DNA of 63,037 nt, filler included, from Sphacelaria rigidula (GCA_964200075.2; 5 parts of 5 records of this genome joined end to end with filler, not necessarily neighbours in it); one strand, 5' to 3'; shown: positions 1-12,628, numbered from the whole stretch's first letter. Notes: a model not told the origin generated them from the letters alone. Made by a program: numbers and translations.

Positions 1-371
1 CGTTTCTGGCCATTTTTCGTACCTTTCCTAGGCAAAAAACGAGAAGGTATACCTTTTCTAGGCTATTGCCCAACTTGACATCACGAGACCAAATCACAAC
101 CGTCACTGAATCATGTCTGTTTCGTTTGGGGCATCACTCGGTACTACCAGGTACGTGAAAGCTAGGGAACAGTGCAGTCGAGTCCATACGCCTGTATGCT
201 AAACAGTACTGCATCAACAGAGAGAAGGTAGGATGAGAAGCATGCGGCGATCGTTCCCAACATGGAATAATCACGCACAGCTTTTCCTGTTCCTGTTGTT
301 TTTTTGTTCCTTTCTTTTTTCTCCTTAGGGCGTGTTTGAAATCCGTTTTTCTCGAGTACGTCTATCATGAG

Positions 372-440
372 ACCACGGCTGGACCCCTGGGGGGTCAATT
401 AAAGTGCGACAATCAATCAATCAATCAATCAAATCAATCA
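372..440 (+). repeat. Retroposon 3' tail family (CACGGCTGGA(T/C)CC...GCGAC(AATC)n)
   Basis: Related copies at ~27250-27315, ~33612-33672 and ~36545-36630 (minus); all end in a CAAT microsatellite. Confidence 0.7.
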
Positions 441-1354
441 AGGGCATAACGAGTACAGGGTGTAACACGTATGGGGTATAACACCCCTTGACAGGAGAAC
501 ACCGATGGCATTGACCCCACCGTCACAACAGAGCGCGAAAGATGTCAAGAATCTGGGAGATAATAATCTCGGCCTTGTTTTCGTTGAAAAAAAGGAGGGA
601 ACCACGGGTACACAGTTTTGCTGACCCCGACGCGAACGTGATATTCGCAATTCCGAAAGGGCAAGGGAGTCGGCAGTTTGGCCATGACCCCTGCTTCTTT
701 TTGTTCAGTGCTTTCTGCACTTCTTTTTTTTTTCCCATGTTTTTTTCCCGCTTTCTGCGCTTTTTCTGGGCTATTCCCTGCTTTCTGCGCCCCCCTCCCC
801 CTTTTTCCGCCCCTGCTTTTGCACAAAAAATCACCCGACAGCGGTGAAGACAACGCCGAAAAGGAGGAAATATTAAGCTAGGCTAGTAAAACGGTGGGGG
901 ACCACGTGGGGAGGCCTGTTTTGACTTGACTTTTGATCGGGGCTCCCCAAGGTACCAGCCTGGCTTAACTGTTGACGTGAAACGTCTGCTGTATTTTCAC
1001 AAATCAGCGACATAATTTGGTTTTCATGCTCTTTTTTCTCACGGCCGTTTTTCTGCGCAAAAGAAAACGGTATTGCGCTTTTTCTGCGACCGCATCTGCT
1101 CTATTTTCTAAAAATCTGCGACTTATTGTTGTCCTCTTGCTCCTCTTTTTCACGGCCGTTTTTCTGCGCAAAGAAACGGTATTCTGCTTGTTCTGCTTGT
1201 TCTGCGATCGCACAAGAAGTGAAGGCCTATCGGCAGTTGAGAACCTGCAAGAATGCACTGCACCTCAGAATAATGAAGTACCGCCTCCACAACCACAGTG
1301 ACTAAACCAGGCCCCCACGCAAGCAGCTTCCTCGGTAAATGCACGCGGCCATTT

Positions 1355-1630
1355 GACTACCCCCGAAAATCCCTCCGCACGAAAGTTCACACCTCTTCAG
1401 AGGAATAAAACACCGCTACTAGAGGAGCAGTGACCTCTGGGAGGATTTCATGTTGTGCTGGGTCCATCTCAATCCCTCTAGAGCGACTACCTGTGGGCTG
1501 TTTCCCTACCGGTGTTCAATCCCCGAGCAGGAGGATACTACCCACCCTCCAGAGGGATGAAACGGATCCACCGAGCTTCTGTCCCCTTTGGAGCGGTGAA
1601 TTTCATTTCGAGGGATTTGGGGGATAGTCA
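1355..1630. mobile_element. Degenerate MITE with GACTA...TAGTC termini
   Basis: GACTACCCCCGAAAATCCCTC is inverted to GAGGGATTTGGGGGATAGTC; no clean TSD. Confidence 0.55.
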
Positions 1631-1726
1631 GCTAGTCGCATGTGAAACTGGCAAAAGACGGTGATATCTACTGGGACATCCAATTGACTATGACATAGTG
1701 TTGGGACTGTATTTTGTTTGATACGG

Positions 1727-4700
1727 ATGGGGAACAGGGTCATCGATATCGAGGTCCACCCGACACGCTATCAAAAGGTGTGACGTACAAGTCGCGGAAC
1801 TCCGTTTGCGTTGAAGATCTGTTTTCAGAGACACACATACTTTCACCCTTCGGCCCTCCGTCGTGTGCCTCCTCGGATGCATGTCGTAAAGGTCAAGGAG
1901 GACCTCCTGAAGAAGGGAGTCGACGTCGACAGAGTAACGGAGGTCCTTTTGAAAGGGGCAAACCCCGAAGATGGTGGTGGGGTTGGCATCGCTTTCCAGT
2001 CCCTTGGGAACGGGGACTGTTTCATGAATGCCGTCGCGACGCTGATCATCGCGAAAAGTAGGAGGGGCGACCGTCGGAAGGCCATATTGCGGCTGGCCAA
2101 AAAGCTGAGACTGGCCATCGTTATCACGGGTATCAAGTACATGGAGTTGTTCCTCGGTGATCAATATGATTTTTATGGAGCCTGGCCCTGCTACAGCACG
2201 GAAGTCAGGGAAGATCTGGCAACCTCCGGGTGGACCGTGTCTCCCGGAGTGGACGACGGGTTATCTCTCGGCTCGACGGACACCGCACGGCTGATGTTCG
2301 TGCGGCAGCTGTGGCATATGTCTGCGCCGGGGGTTTTCACGCAGCAGTTCGCATTCCCCATCATGGCCACTGTCCTAGGAGGTCCGCTGAGGGTGTTCAA
2401 TCCAAGTAAGTTGGTGTTTCACTTTGGTGAAAAGGGGGTGCGAACACAGTTGGTGCGATTTCAGCGATTATTTTTGTGACGATGGGGATCGCCTATCGGA
2501 TACCCGCTTGGAGGACACGAACAACAACAGTAGATGATGTCATGATGTCATTACGGGATGGTTTGCAAGCGCTATAGAATTGACTCGAATACGCAACCTC
2601 GTTCAATCCCAAACGTGCCTTCCCTTTCACACAGCGCTGGTCCCACTCTCCCACCCAACGGTGTCGGGATTACAAGATTTTGATTGGGGGCGGGGGGGGG
2701 GGTACGGTTTGAACATGCGCAACATAACACCTTCGATTTCGTTGTGGAGGCTATACTGACTGTACAGCGAACGGAGAATATGCCGACACATTGGAGACAA
2801 ACACTGCACGTCCCCCACCACGAGTGCGGCTTTTATTGAATCGACATTGAAACAATCTCCATTGAACGGATGCATAACGCGACGCTGAACGCAGTAGCTC
2901 TCCTACCGGCCCTTTCGATTCCCCCCCAAACCCACCCCCATCACTTTGATTTCCAGTCAGCACCGTCTAGGGAGAAATAGGAACAACTTGGAAGCACACG
3001 TTGTTCCAACCTGCGTTCCTCACCGCAAAACCGTATCCTGCGGTCCACATAGCCATGACGATCTTCAGGAGCTCCAGTGAGGACGTAGAGTTCGACAGCG
3101 TACAACAATTTCACGAGTTGTCCGGGAAAACGTTGCCCGAGCAGAATCATTTTGTGCCTGTTACGGCGGACGGGGCAGACTCAGCCCACGAACTTGCCGA
3201 GAGGCGTTTTCACGATGCCGTGAACATGGCGTTTGAGAAATTGGAGTCGGCAACAACAGGTTTGAAGAAGGCAGCTGAGGACTGCGAGAAGGCGGAAACG
3301 GAGAGGGCAAAGAGTCGGGCCGAGAGGGCGCTGGAGTCACGAGCGCGAGAAAAGTATCAGGTTGTATGCAGCTTGCCAAAGGCTTCACTCTTCGATACGC
3401 ACATTGCGTCTGCATCGATGCCGCGCAATTCTGCCGCACGGTGTCTCGGGCGACTATATCTGTTGCATACTGCGTTCGTCTCACGCCGTCCTCGTGTTCA
3501 CTGATTCCTGCTTGTGGCCTGCAGGCGGAACTCGATCTTGATGAGCGCGAGGCTGACGCGATCCGTTTGACGGGCTTATTTTTGGTGAGTAAGGGACGGG
3601 TTTACCCGCTTTCAGTTACCTAGTGCGACCTAATCCACTACTGTAGACGGGGGCACGATGGCTGCAGGCAAATGGTATACAACATGGCAGGAGTCCGACC
3701 TTGAACAACGGGGGGTGAGGGCATAGGAAACAAATATTTGGAGGGGGATTGAAGTAAGACCTTTTTCACGACTCGAGGGCAACCTTTCGCTAATATTTTG
3801 CATCAAAAGGCTTGGATATATGAAAACAAATGTTGTAGGGTACGTTCCAAGGCGCTCGCTAACCCGAAATGAGTCCCTTATTCTGCAACGCTCGTTCCAA
3901 GGCGCTCGGCCTGGAATGTGTTTTGACTTTGCGTCATCCACGTACGTCTGGTTCACCATCGCTGTACTCTTGGAAATACTGCTGTGTCGTCGTTCGTGTA
4001 CTCACAGAAACCACGGAAGTCTGAAGAAGAGGCCATCGCCGCGGAGGAGAGGTTCACTGCCGAGCGGAAGGTAACATTCGCTGAGCCGAAAAATAGGAAA
4101 CTGTCCTCGATCATCGAGGCGTGAAACCTGAACGCGCGAAAAGAACACAGCAGTGGCCTATGCCGTGTTGATGGATTTGTGCCGTCTGATACTCACTCCT
4201 CCCGTGCATGAATTGCCGCGTACAGGCGGAATATGTGACAGACGCCAGGCGGGAGGCCGCAGCTGCGGAAGCAGAAGGGATAGCCCGGGCGAGCCGACAG
4301 GTCGAAAATGCCGGGATGGAAGATGCCCAGCGAAAGGCAGACGAAGAGAAGAAAGGGAAAGGTGGGAACCAGAACGGTTGTGGGGCCAACAGCGCAAAAA
4401 AGCGGGCAGGTCGGGGGGAAGAGGGGAGGGGGGAAGGCGCCGGCGAGCAGGGACTGCTTCCGGCGGGCGATGTAGAGGGCGCAGCCAGGGCGGAGGTGGA
4501 CAAACGTGCGAAAGAGCAACGGTTGCGTAGACTCTCTCTAGAAGCGGAGGCTAAGATCGACAGGGATTCCAAGGCTGACCGCGAACGACGTGCCCGCCGC
4601 AGGCTCAAGAGGAGGGCGAAGGAGTATGAAGCAAGAGCGCGGCGGAATGCAGGGAAGGTGGGCACCACTGGCTTGGTTGTGTTCCTGCGGGGAAATGTTC

Positions 4701-4854
4701 GTGACAGCGCGTAGAGACTTGTAAATACCATCGAAATCTGCCTGTGAATATACGGTGTCTGTTCATGTCGAAATATTCGCCGGGCTGTCGCGAGAATTGG
4801 GTAGATTATTGGCACCAGGTTATTGTTGGGGCCATGAGCAAGTGGCTCCGGTAG
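1727..4854 (+). CDS. Spliced vertnin/OTU-like cysteine protease with charged coiled-coil C-terminus (probably TE-borne)
   Basis: Phase-compatible GT-AG exons 1727-1777, 1892-2405, 2635-2660, 2971-3360, 3525-3584, 4008-4070, 4226-4657 and 4819-4854 (last and third tentative). Motifs SLGNGDCFMNAVA (Cys codon 2018-2020), MATVLGGPLRVFNP and QNHFVPV (His codon 3148-3150) resemble the OTU/vertnin catalytic boxes. Confidence 0.7.
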
Positions 4855-6009
4855 TAGGATGTTGCGGACAGTGCCTCGGTGATAGGTGCGTAGGGCGAAC
4901 ATCGGACCCAGTTGCCAACCACATGTGCGATCTGGGCGAAGTAAACCACACCAATGAAGCCATACAGCTAGTTATCTAATGTAGGGGATACGGTCAACCA
5001 TTCGGGAAATCCCCAGGTCGACACCGGGTACCCCGCTGAAGTGTAGTTTGGATGTCAGAGCAACTAGTGTACCCAATGCTCGACCTCAGCCGCCTAAGCG
5101 TACACCACCCATCCCGAATTCAAGGATGTTTCACGTCGTGCGCCTGGTGTTGATTGATTGACTAAGTGATCACATCACCTTAGCTTATCGCAACAATCCA
5201 CCCGGTTGTCAGAAGCAAATAATATCAGAAAGGAGGGGAAGGAGAACGAAGAAAAAAAAAGAGGGGGGGGGACAGCGGCAGCCGCAAAAACAACAGAAAC
5301 AGGACATCGACGGGAACAACAGTAGCAACAACAAAACTCAAGCACACCCGAAGCACAAACACGAGATACGCACAATCCAACGAGAAGTTTGCCTCGCATG
5401 ACGTGGCGAGTTGCAACGATCCAGCTTGTGATCGGCAAGGAAAAATAAAAGGAAGAACGGGGCTATAAAGAATCAGAGGGAGGAATCCACAATACAAAAG
5501 ACAAGAGTCAGGCTCGTTACCGGGAGAGGGGGGGGAGGGGGGCGGGAAGCACATACGGGAATAATTATCCGAAGCACGAATATGGCGCACATCACATCGG
5601 CGTATAGAAGGGTTGTTGGTGGCGTACATGCGGTCGATATTGTGTTGATTCTGCGGATATATATATATATATATATGTTTTCACCCAAATTGACCATACA
5701 TGCTCTCATGTACTGCGATGCCCGCTGTGTTAGGGGTCCAAGGACATACAAGTCGGCACCCGCCTTCATGACGGGTGGTGCAATACAGTAAACCCTGGCT
5801 ACGGGACGGTGATGGGCGTTAATTGGGACTCTTCAGGCCAGGTTACAGTGAGTTACGAAGTCTTCTCGCGCGCGAGTGGGAAATTGCAGACGATGTTCCC
5901 GAGGGCCGTGAGAAAGGATGCCGCGCACGCACAGTGTGTGGCGGAGTCGGGGGGGGATTCGAATGAGGACAGTGGCTCTGACGAACACAACACCGAATGC
6001 ACGGAGAGA

Positions 6010-6790
6010 GGACGTTCTCGGTGGCTGCGAGGTGGCGTTCGTGCCGACAGTGATGGGGAGGATGGAATTTCGGATGGGGGCGGCGGCTCTCATGACGACA
6101 GTACGGAGATGAGTGATGACGATCGTTCTCGGCAACTTCGAGATAGCGAGTGTTCCGAGAGTGATGGGGAGGGCGGACGTTTGGATGACGACGGCGGCTC
6201 TCATGACGACAGCATGGACATCAGTGATGACGATCGTCCTCGGCGACGGCGAGATAGTGAGCTTTCCGAGAGTGACGGGGAGGGCGGAGGTTTCGATGAC
6301 GGCGGCGGTTCTCAGGACGACAGCATCGAGATGATTGAGGGAGACTGTTCGCCGTGGCGGCGAGATAGCGAGCGTGTCGACAGTGATGCAGAGAATGGGA
6401 GTTCCGCGGAGGATGGTGGCTCTCACGACGACAACTCGGACGTCACGGAGCAAGACCGTTCTCGGCGGCGGCGAGGTGATGAGCATTCCGCCGGTGATCG
6501 CGATGCTGGAAGCTCGGAGCAGGATTGTACATCCCGTGACCACTGCACCCACCTCCCGGAAGAAGTCCGTTCTCGGCGGCGGCGAGAATGCGAGCGTTCC
6601 GCTGATGATGGTGCGGGTGGAAATATGGATGAGGATGAATGCTGTCATGACGATAGCATGGAGGTCAGGGAGGAAGGTGTTTCTCGGCGGCGGCGGCGGC
6701 GGCGGCAACGGGGTGACGAGCGTTCCGCCGGGTATGGGGCTTACGGAAGTTCGGAGCTGTACGGCCACTCCCACCACCACAGCAGCGATT
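6010..6790 (+). repeat. Coding tandem repeat, 111-bp (37-aa) period, about 7 units
   Basis: CGTTCTCGGCGG-like anchors at ~6014, 6124, 6235, 6346, 6457, 6568, 6679; encodes D/E/S/G-rich units with Arg clusters. Confidence 0.85.
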
Positions 6791-9050
6791 GGGGAGAAAA
6801 CGATCGTGATGGCTCCGAGGAATTCAGCGAGGCGGATGATCAATGTTCCACAACGACGAGCCAATATGTGGATGGCTGCATGGACGGGCAAAAGGTGCGA
6901 ACACAAGAGTGTACTATTCCATTGATCGATAAAACTATGCCGAGAGTGCGAGTGCGTCCTGGGAGCGTCGATGGTACTCTCACCCGTTTCTTCGTGTTCT
7001 ACCGCCGGACAGGGAGGATTTCCAGGGTATACTGCGGACACAGGGGGCGAAGAAAACAACCGGAGCAACGCAGGCGCGGCGCCGGTTGCGAGGATTGGTC
7101 GTTCATTCACCGTCACAGGTTCCCCCGACGACACCTGGGGCTCTGTCTTCGCTGAGCTCCTGCGCGATTTTCGCAAGGCGGGTCATGATACGCTGCTGGT
7201 GCGACGGGTGCGAAAGGTGGGTGCCATGCAGCAAGGAGCAGGTGACATGACAACCACATGAACACACGGGGCACACTGTCAGAAGCGATCGGCGCTGGGC
7301 ACATCGCCTCTTCTCGCGGAATAAATGAAGAGGAGACCTTATGCAATTAAGATGTGATGAAATCAACGAATCCCGCCCGATCGCAAACACTTGTATCCTT
7401 CATGTTGCAGACGGCGGACGGGTCGAGGTACACTTACTGCAAGATCGAGTGCAAGCATTCGGGACAACCTCGGATAAAGGATCAGATGAAGCCGGGTGGC
7501 TACCGTCGAGCCGTCAATCCATCAATAAAGGTCAGTGAACACTGTGTCGGGAACCTGGCGTATGTTGGTAGAGCATTCGAGAGACTCACCACACGATGTT
7601 GGAGGCCGATGTTCCCACGATTTCCGTGCAACGTTCTTTTGTCGTACACCCATAGCACACATGTGTTAGTGCTCACGATCCCACACCGTGAGCATGACAG
7701 GATGCTTGTCGGCAACTTTCTGCTCAAAGGACGCCTCCACTCGTAACCTCCTGGACAGGTGGGATGTCCATTCCTTGTCAGCATCAGCTGGGCTCTTCGG
7801 GATGATGCGCCACATGTCACCGTGGTGAGTGCTGCCGTCCGAATCCAGTTGCCAAAAACTAGATATTTTTTCTGCGTTTCGGGCACGGGCACGTGTAGCA
7901 ACCGACAACATCCACCCCCTCCCCCCCCTTCCGCTCGCCTTGATTCCGTACCGCCAGTCCCGTGAGAATCATAATCACGACCCGCGGGGATCGATCACAA
8001 GGGCCGATCCTCATATCCTCCCTACCTCCATCGTTGCAACGAGGGAAAGAGATATTCGGAAGTGGACAGCGGCTGGCCTCCGAGCCGGGGACATAATAAA
8101 ATTCCTCGAAGCGGATGGTGAGGGTTTGTTACTCGGCAAAGATGGGAAGAAGAAGGTAAGCGAGGACTACTGTGACAGAGGATGGGGCGGGAAGCGCGTG
8201 TGGGTTCTGTTTTCTCGTGTCGCGAACCATTCATGACTAGTGGTGGTTGAACACTTGGCATCACTCAGGAGAGTCCTGTCCACCCCTTACCGTGTCATTT
8301 TTTTCCTATCCCTTTTTATGTTTGCGGTGGATGATTACGTTCCAGGTCCGCAACATGATGCAGAAGGTGCAGAAGGATTTCTACTGCTCTCCACAGGATG
8401 CGACCGAGTTCTTCTCTACCCTCAAAAGCGAGCCTGGTATGCTCTGCGAATATACTCTGGCTGCAGAAGGAAGACTCGTGGATGCATACTGGGCCACCGC
8501 AGAGCAGCAAGAGAAGTGCGTAACATACGGAGGTTGCGTGTTGTGCGTGAACAGCAACGGTGATGAGTCTTCGTGGCCGGCGAATTTCATAAACTCACTC
8601 CCACTCGCAATCGGCTTGAGGTTAAGGACAATTCATGAATCAGCGGGCTGCTCAGCCACTCAATCCGTTGGTCATTCCGTGCAACGTGACTACTGCAAGT
8701 CATTCTAGTCTCGTTCCATTAGCATACAAATCCTGGTTTATTGGTGTCTATTGAGTCTCACGGAACTTGGTCTTTCGAATGTCCGACAGACTATCGTCCC
8801 GCCGCATCGATACCGGGAGAACATTCGCTGTGAATGGCCTGGAGAAGATGTTCCGACCCATTCGGGACAGTCTGCGGGCCGCGGGGGCGAGTAATTACTG
8901 CGAGAAGGTCAGTACTGACTTGCGTGGTATCGACTCGGAGTGTCCCGTACGTAGCACACCATGATTAGGCTGCGTATACCGCGGGTCTTGGCGTCGGAAT
9001 TGCTATGCTTGTAGCTTTCAGGAAGAAATTTTATCGGCGGTTGCCTCTAA

Positions 9051-9512
9051 GACCGACTTTTATGCACTGGAATCTGGACTTGTACGAATTGACGATTTGA
9101 GCAACAATATCAGGTGATTTCCTCTCGCGGATTGAGTTTTCGGACCCCAGTCCGTTGGGCAATGTTCTTCGGCTAGCTGTGAGTAAGCCAGATCAATTCT
9201 CCGATTCCCTAGACGTTGACTTTGATATATGACCTTCCCGAAAAAATCCAGACAGTCTACGATCTCGCCGCCGCGAGATTCACGGAGATGCTGTCGAGAT
9301 CTTGGAGTTGCCCGGGTTTTTTCAGGAAGGTGATACATCAAAGTCAGCGTTCAGGGAATCGGAGAATTGATCTGGCCTGCTCACAGCTAGCCGAAAAACA
9401 TTGCCCAAGGGACTGGGGTTCGAAAAATCAGTCCGCGTGAGGAAATTGCCTGATATTGTTGCTCAAATCGTCAATTCGTACAAATCCAGATTCCAGGGCA
9501 TAAACGTCGGTC
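9051..9512. mobile_element. Foldback MITE, PIF/Harbinger-like, intronic
   Basis: Near-complete palindrome with ~215-bp arms, GACCGAC...GTCGGTC, flanked by TAA on both sides. Confidence 0.8.
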
Positions 9513-11117
9513 TAACAACGCTCAGGATATGAAGTCAGGTTGTGCGATTGAAACAACTGGCTTGTGCTCTGTTCTCGCCTTGCAGGAGCTCCGAGTGGAG
9601 TTCTCAAACGGATGTCAGGCTTACGATGTCAGCATCGTACGAGGGCCAACGGATGCCGACGGCAGACCGCTCCCTGTCAGTGCTGCTTATGTTCGCCGCT
9701 TGCCGTCGGTGAACCCCCGAGCGAAGATCTTGCAAGAAGTGCCGGATTTAACGGACCTGGAAAGTGACTTTCATGGCGGGTCGGACGCCAGCATGTGGGC
9801 GCGCACTTCTCTGCAGGCATTTTTGAACCTGATTGCTGACGTCCCCGCTGAGGCCGTCGCGATAGTACAGTACAAGCTCACAACTCGGGCGTCGCGCCCG
9901 AGCCATCTCGTCGTTTTGGGGCCCGGCAACTTTCACCTCTGTTCTTGCCTGCAGCTTCTGCACCGTGGACTGCCATGCAGGCACTACTTCGCCATTTTCC
10001 CGCAAATTTTGGAAAAAATGGTGGACGCGGGTGGCGAAGTCCAACACCGGTTCGACAGTGCGTGTGTGCACAACCGTTGGCGGGAGCGAACCGATGGCCA
10101 AGACGCTCCGTGGAGCGTGAACCAGGTGCTCCGGTCGTCGGGGCATGGTGAAGGCTGGGACGGAGTTCGCGACAGTGGCAGCGACGGTGGTCGGGGACCT
10201 ACCGTTGGCAACAATGCCGACGGTGTGCACCCCCCAGAGCCAGCCGAGTCGAAACGAAACGCCAGAGTGGAAGCTGATCAACGGCGCATCTTCGCCACAA
10301 TGATGGCGCGCTTCAAGGAGGAAACAAACACCATCATTAGTTCCGTATCATCGCCGGCAGAGGCGTTGTTGATCCAAACCCAAATGGTGGCATACGGGTC
10401 TACTCTGATCCATATGGCGAAGGGCGCACCCGGGCCAGGCAACCCGGCAAAGCCCCCACAAAAAGGTCGCCGGAAGGGATCGGGCAACAAATCGAAGTTT
10501 AGTACTCATGAGGTGGGCAGGGGTAAGGTGAAGGGCAGCGTCAATGTCGAGGAGAAAGCGTCCAACCCTCAGCAGCGGGGGGGCAATTCAAAGCGCACCA
10601 AATGCCACAGAGACTCGATGGAGACGCGAGGATCCCGGCCCAGGAAGCGCTCGAAGACCTCCGTCCCATGATCGTTGACCGCGAACGTGCACCCTGGAAT
10701 GGTTGTGGTATGATCGACCCGCGCGCGCCCTGGGTTGCCGATGTTCTCTTCGAACTTCTTATTGGACAATTGTTGTGTGCTGTCGGTGCCCCGCTTAGTA
10801 AGCCAGTACTGGTAGGACCCGTAGACGGTGTATCACGGTGCATGTGGCGAGGTTGAGGGTGGGGATAATGGTTGCACGCTGCACCCAACCTCCTGCCCGT
10901 GCTACTGGTGTTGTGTGGAGCCGACCTGCAACTATGTTGGTAAAAGTATCACGGGAGGGAGCGATTTCCGGTGACCTACTACGCAGTCTGTTACGGTGTA
11001 TGATGTGTTGTCGACAATTCACGCGTAGGGAGTGCGTTGGCAATGTGTACTGCACCAGGTGTGGGGAAGAAGATCCCATTGCAGCACTTGAAGTAGAGTT
11101 TGACAGTTGAGAGGTTC

Positions 11118-11282
11118 GGAAACCCAAAATTGGCAGTATAGTCATAGTGGGAGGGGAAAAAATGGGGCTGTACACTGCTTGTTTTGCCCCTGTTTGTTTT
11201 GCGACTGCGCAGTGGCAAAACAAGCACTCTACAACCCCATTTTTTCCCCTTCCACTATGACTATACTTCCAAGTTTGGTTCG
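11118..11282. repeat. Short foldback element
   Basis: AGTATAGTCATAGTGG...GGGCTGTA is inverted to TACAACCCC...CCACTATGACTATACT. Confidence 0.7.
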
Positions 11283-12528
11283 CCGTACGTGTCTAATATT
11301 TGCCGCGAAAACGTCGGCAGCAGGAGCTGCAGGAGACGAAGCGATTGCGCTTCGCATACGCGTTGGTGAATCGTTTGCCCCCGGTACACCTTGTCGCTGC
11401 TTGATTTTGATATTAATCGGCCGCTCTTGTCCGTCTTTCCTTCACTTCTCGGCATGAAGTTCCGACCGGGGCGCAGTCATCTCTTATGGGCAAAATGCAG
11501 CGGTGAAGACCATACACATGTACTTGTTTTTTTGTAAAAAAAAAACTCGCGTCGGCGTCTTCTCACGGTAGCGTCGGGAATATGCTGTACATTTCGTTGG
11601 CCAATCCATCAAAATAATCTCTACTGAGCCAGCCGTCCGTGCATGCTCCGTGAACATATCTCGGAAAAACACAAGAACCTGACAGAGAAGTCTTGCAGAA
11701 CTGGCGACGAAGCACTCTTTGACTGAAAGTGATCAAAGCAAAACGCCAAGGTATGGCGAACGAATTTTTTTGCACTGAAGATGAAAAGAAAAGAGAAGGT
11801 GCAGACGAGGACAAAAGAGAAGAAGATTCGGGGCTCTTCGACATGGCTTAAACTGCAGGAGCTTGTCCACCCGGAACTTCGCTGAAGTCTTCGGAGGAAA
11901 TGCGGTGGAATGGGATAGCCTATGTCCCTCATTGATTACGGAATTTCTATTTCTCAACATTCCACTACCATGATGCACCTGCTCGCGTATCCGAGTGAAA
12001 CACAGCTGAATATGGGAGCCTTTATGGCTCATCTCTCCCGGTCATGACTTGTCTTGCGTGGAAGACCTGAGGATAGAAATGTTGAAACCCCCTCGTCTCT
12101 CATTTCAAAGACTGACGAAATTTGTGAGGGTAATACCTACAGTGTAGGCTACACCCTGTAAAGTGTGCGCTTCTTCGGCTGAAAAGCACGGTGTGACGGT
12201 GCTATCAGGCCATAGTCTGACCCTCACCAACACTTTGTGCTGGCAGCAGACTTTGCTGCGTGGCTTGCGCGCCGGCTCCGTTTTGAGGTTTGTTACAACT
12301 CTCAAGTGTGCAAAGCTCTGCAGGCTGCTGAATGCCCAGTAGGTGGTGCTTCTCGAGACGATACAGAACCCAGACAAACCAGGAAGGTAAACGAGGAGTT
12401 AGCTCGAGCATAGGGCATAGATTGAGGTCTGCTCAACAGATAAAGTAGGTGTGCGAGTATTTCTCCGCATACGTTATACGCCAACCGGCACATATTATAC
12501 CGACTGTACTCTCCAGACGTACAACATG

Positions 12529-12628
12529 NNNNNNNNNNNNNNNNNNNNNNNNNNNNNNNNNNNNNNNNNNNNTTAATTAATTAANNNNNNNNNNNNNNNN
12601 NNNNNNNNNNNNNNNNNNNNNNNNNNNN
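12529..12628. other. Artificial spacer (N44-TTAATTAATTAA-N44)
   Basis: 100-nt linker with six-frame stops; identical linkers recur every ~12,628 nt. Confidence 0.97.

Larger units (their letters stand above)
5812..10671 (+). pseudogene. Mutator/MULE (FAR1-type) transposase-like gene with SWIM zinc finger; catalytic core missing
   Basis: Exons 5812-6894, 7013-7216, 7411-7530, 7759-7824, 7958-8155, 8346-8532, 8790-8907, 9586-10671. FAR1/WRKY-like CKHSG...GCPF...HNH; pre-catalytic DAYWA...YG; SWIM CSCLQLLHRGLPCRH; basic tail with KGRRK. Phase break between 8532 and 8790. Confidence 0.75.

Noticed and set aside
5833-7176. 447-aa minus-strand ORF
   Set aside because: Antisense shadow of the GC-rich repetitive plus-strand exon; no motifs
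608-11590. Terminal inverted repeats for the segment-1 element (GTACA...CCGACGC)
   Set aside because: Match is too short and gapped, with no TSD
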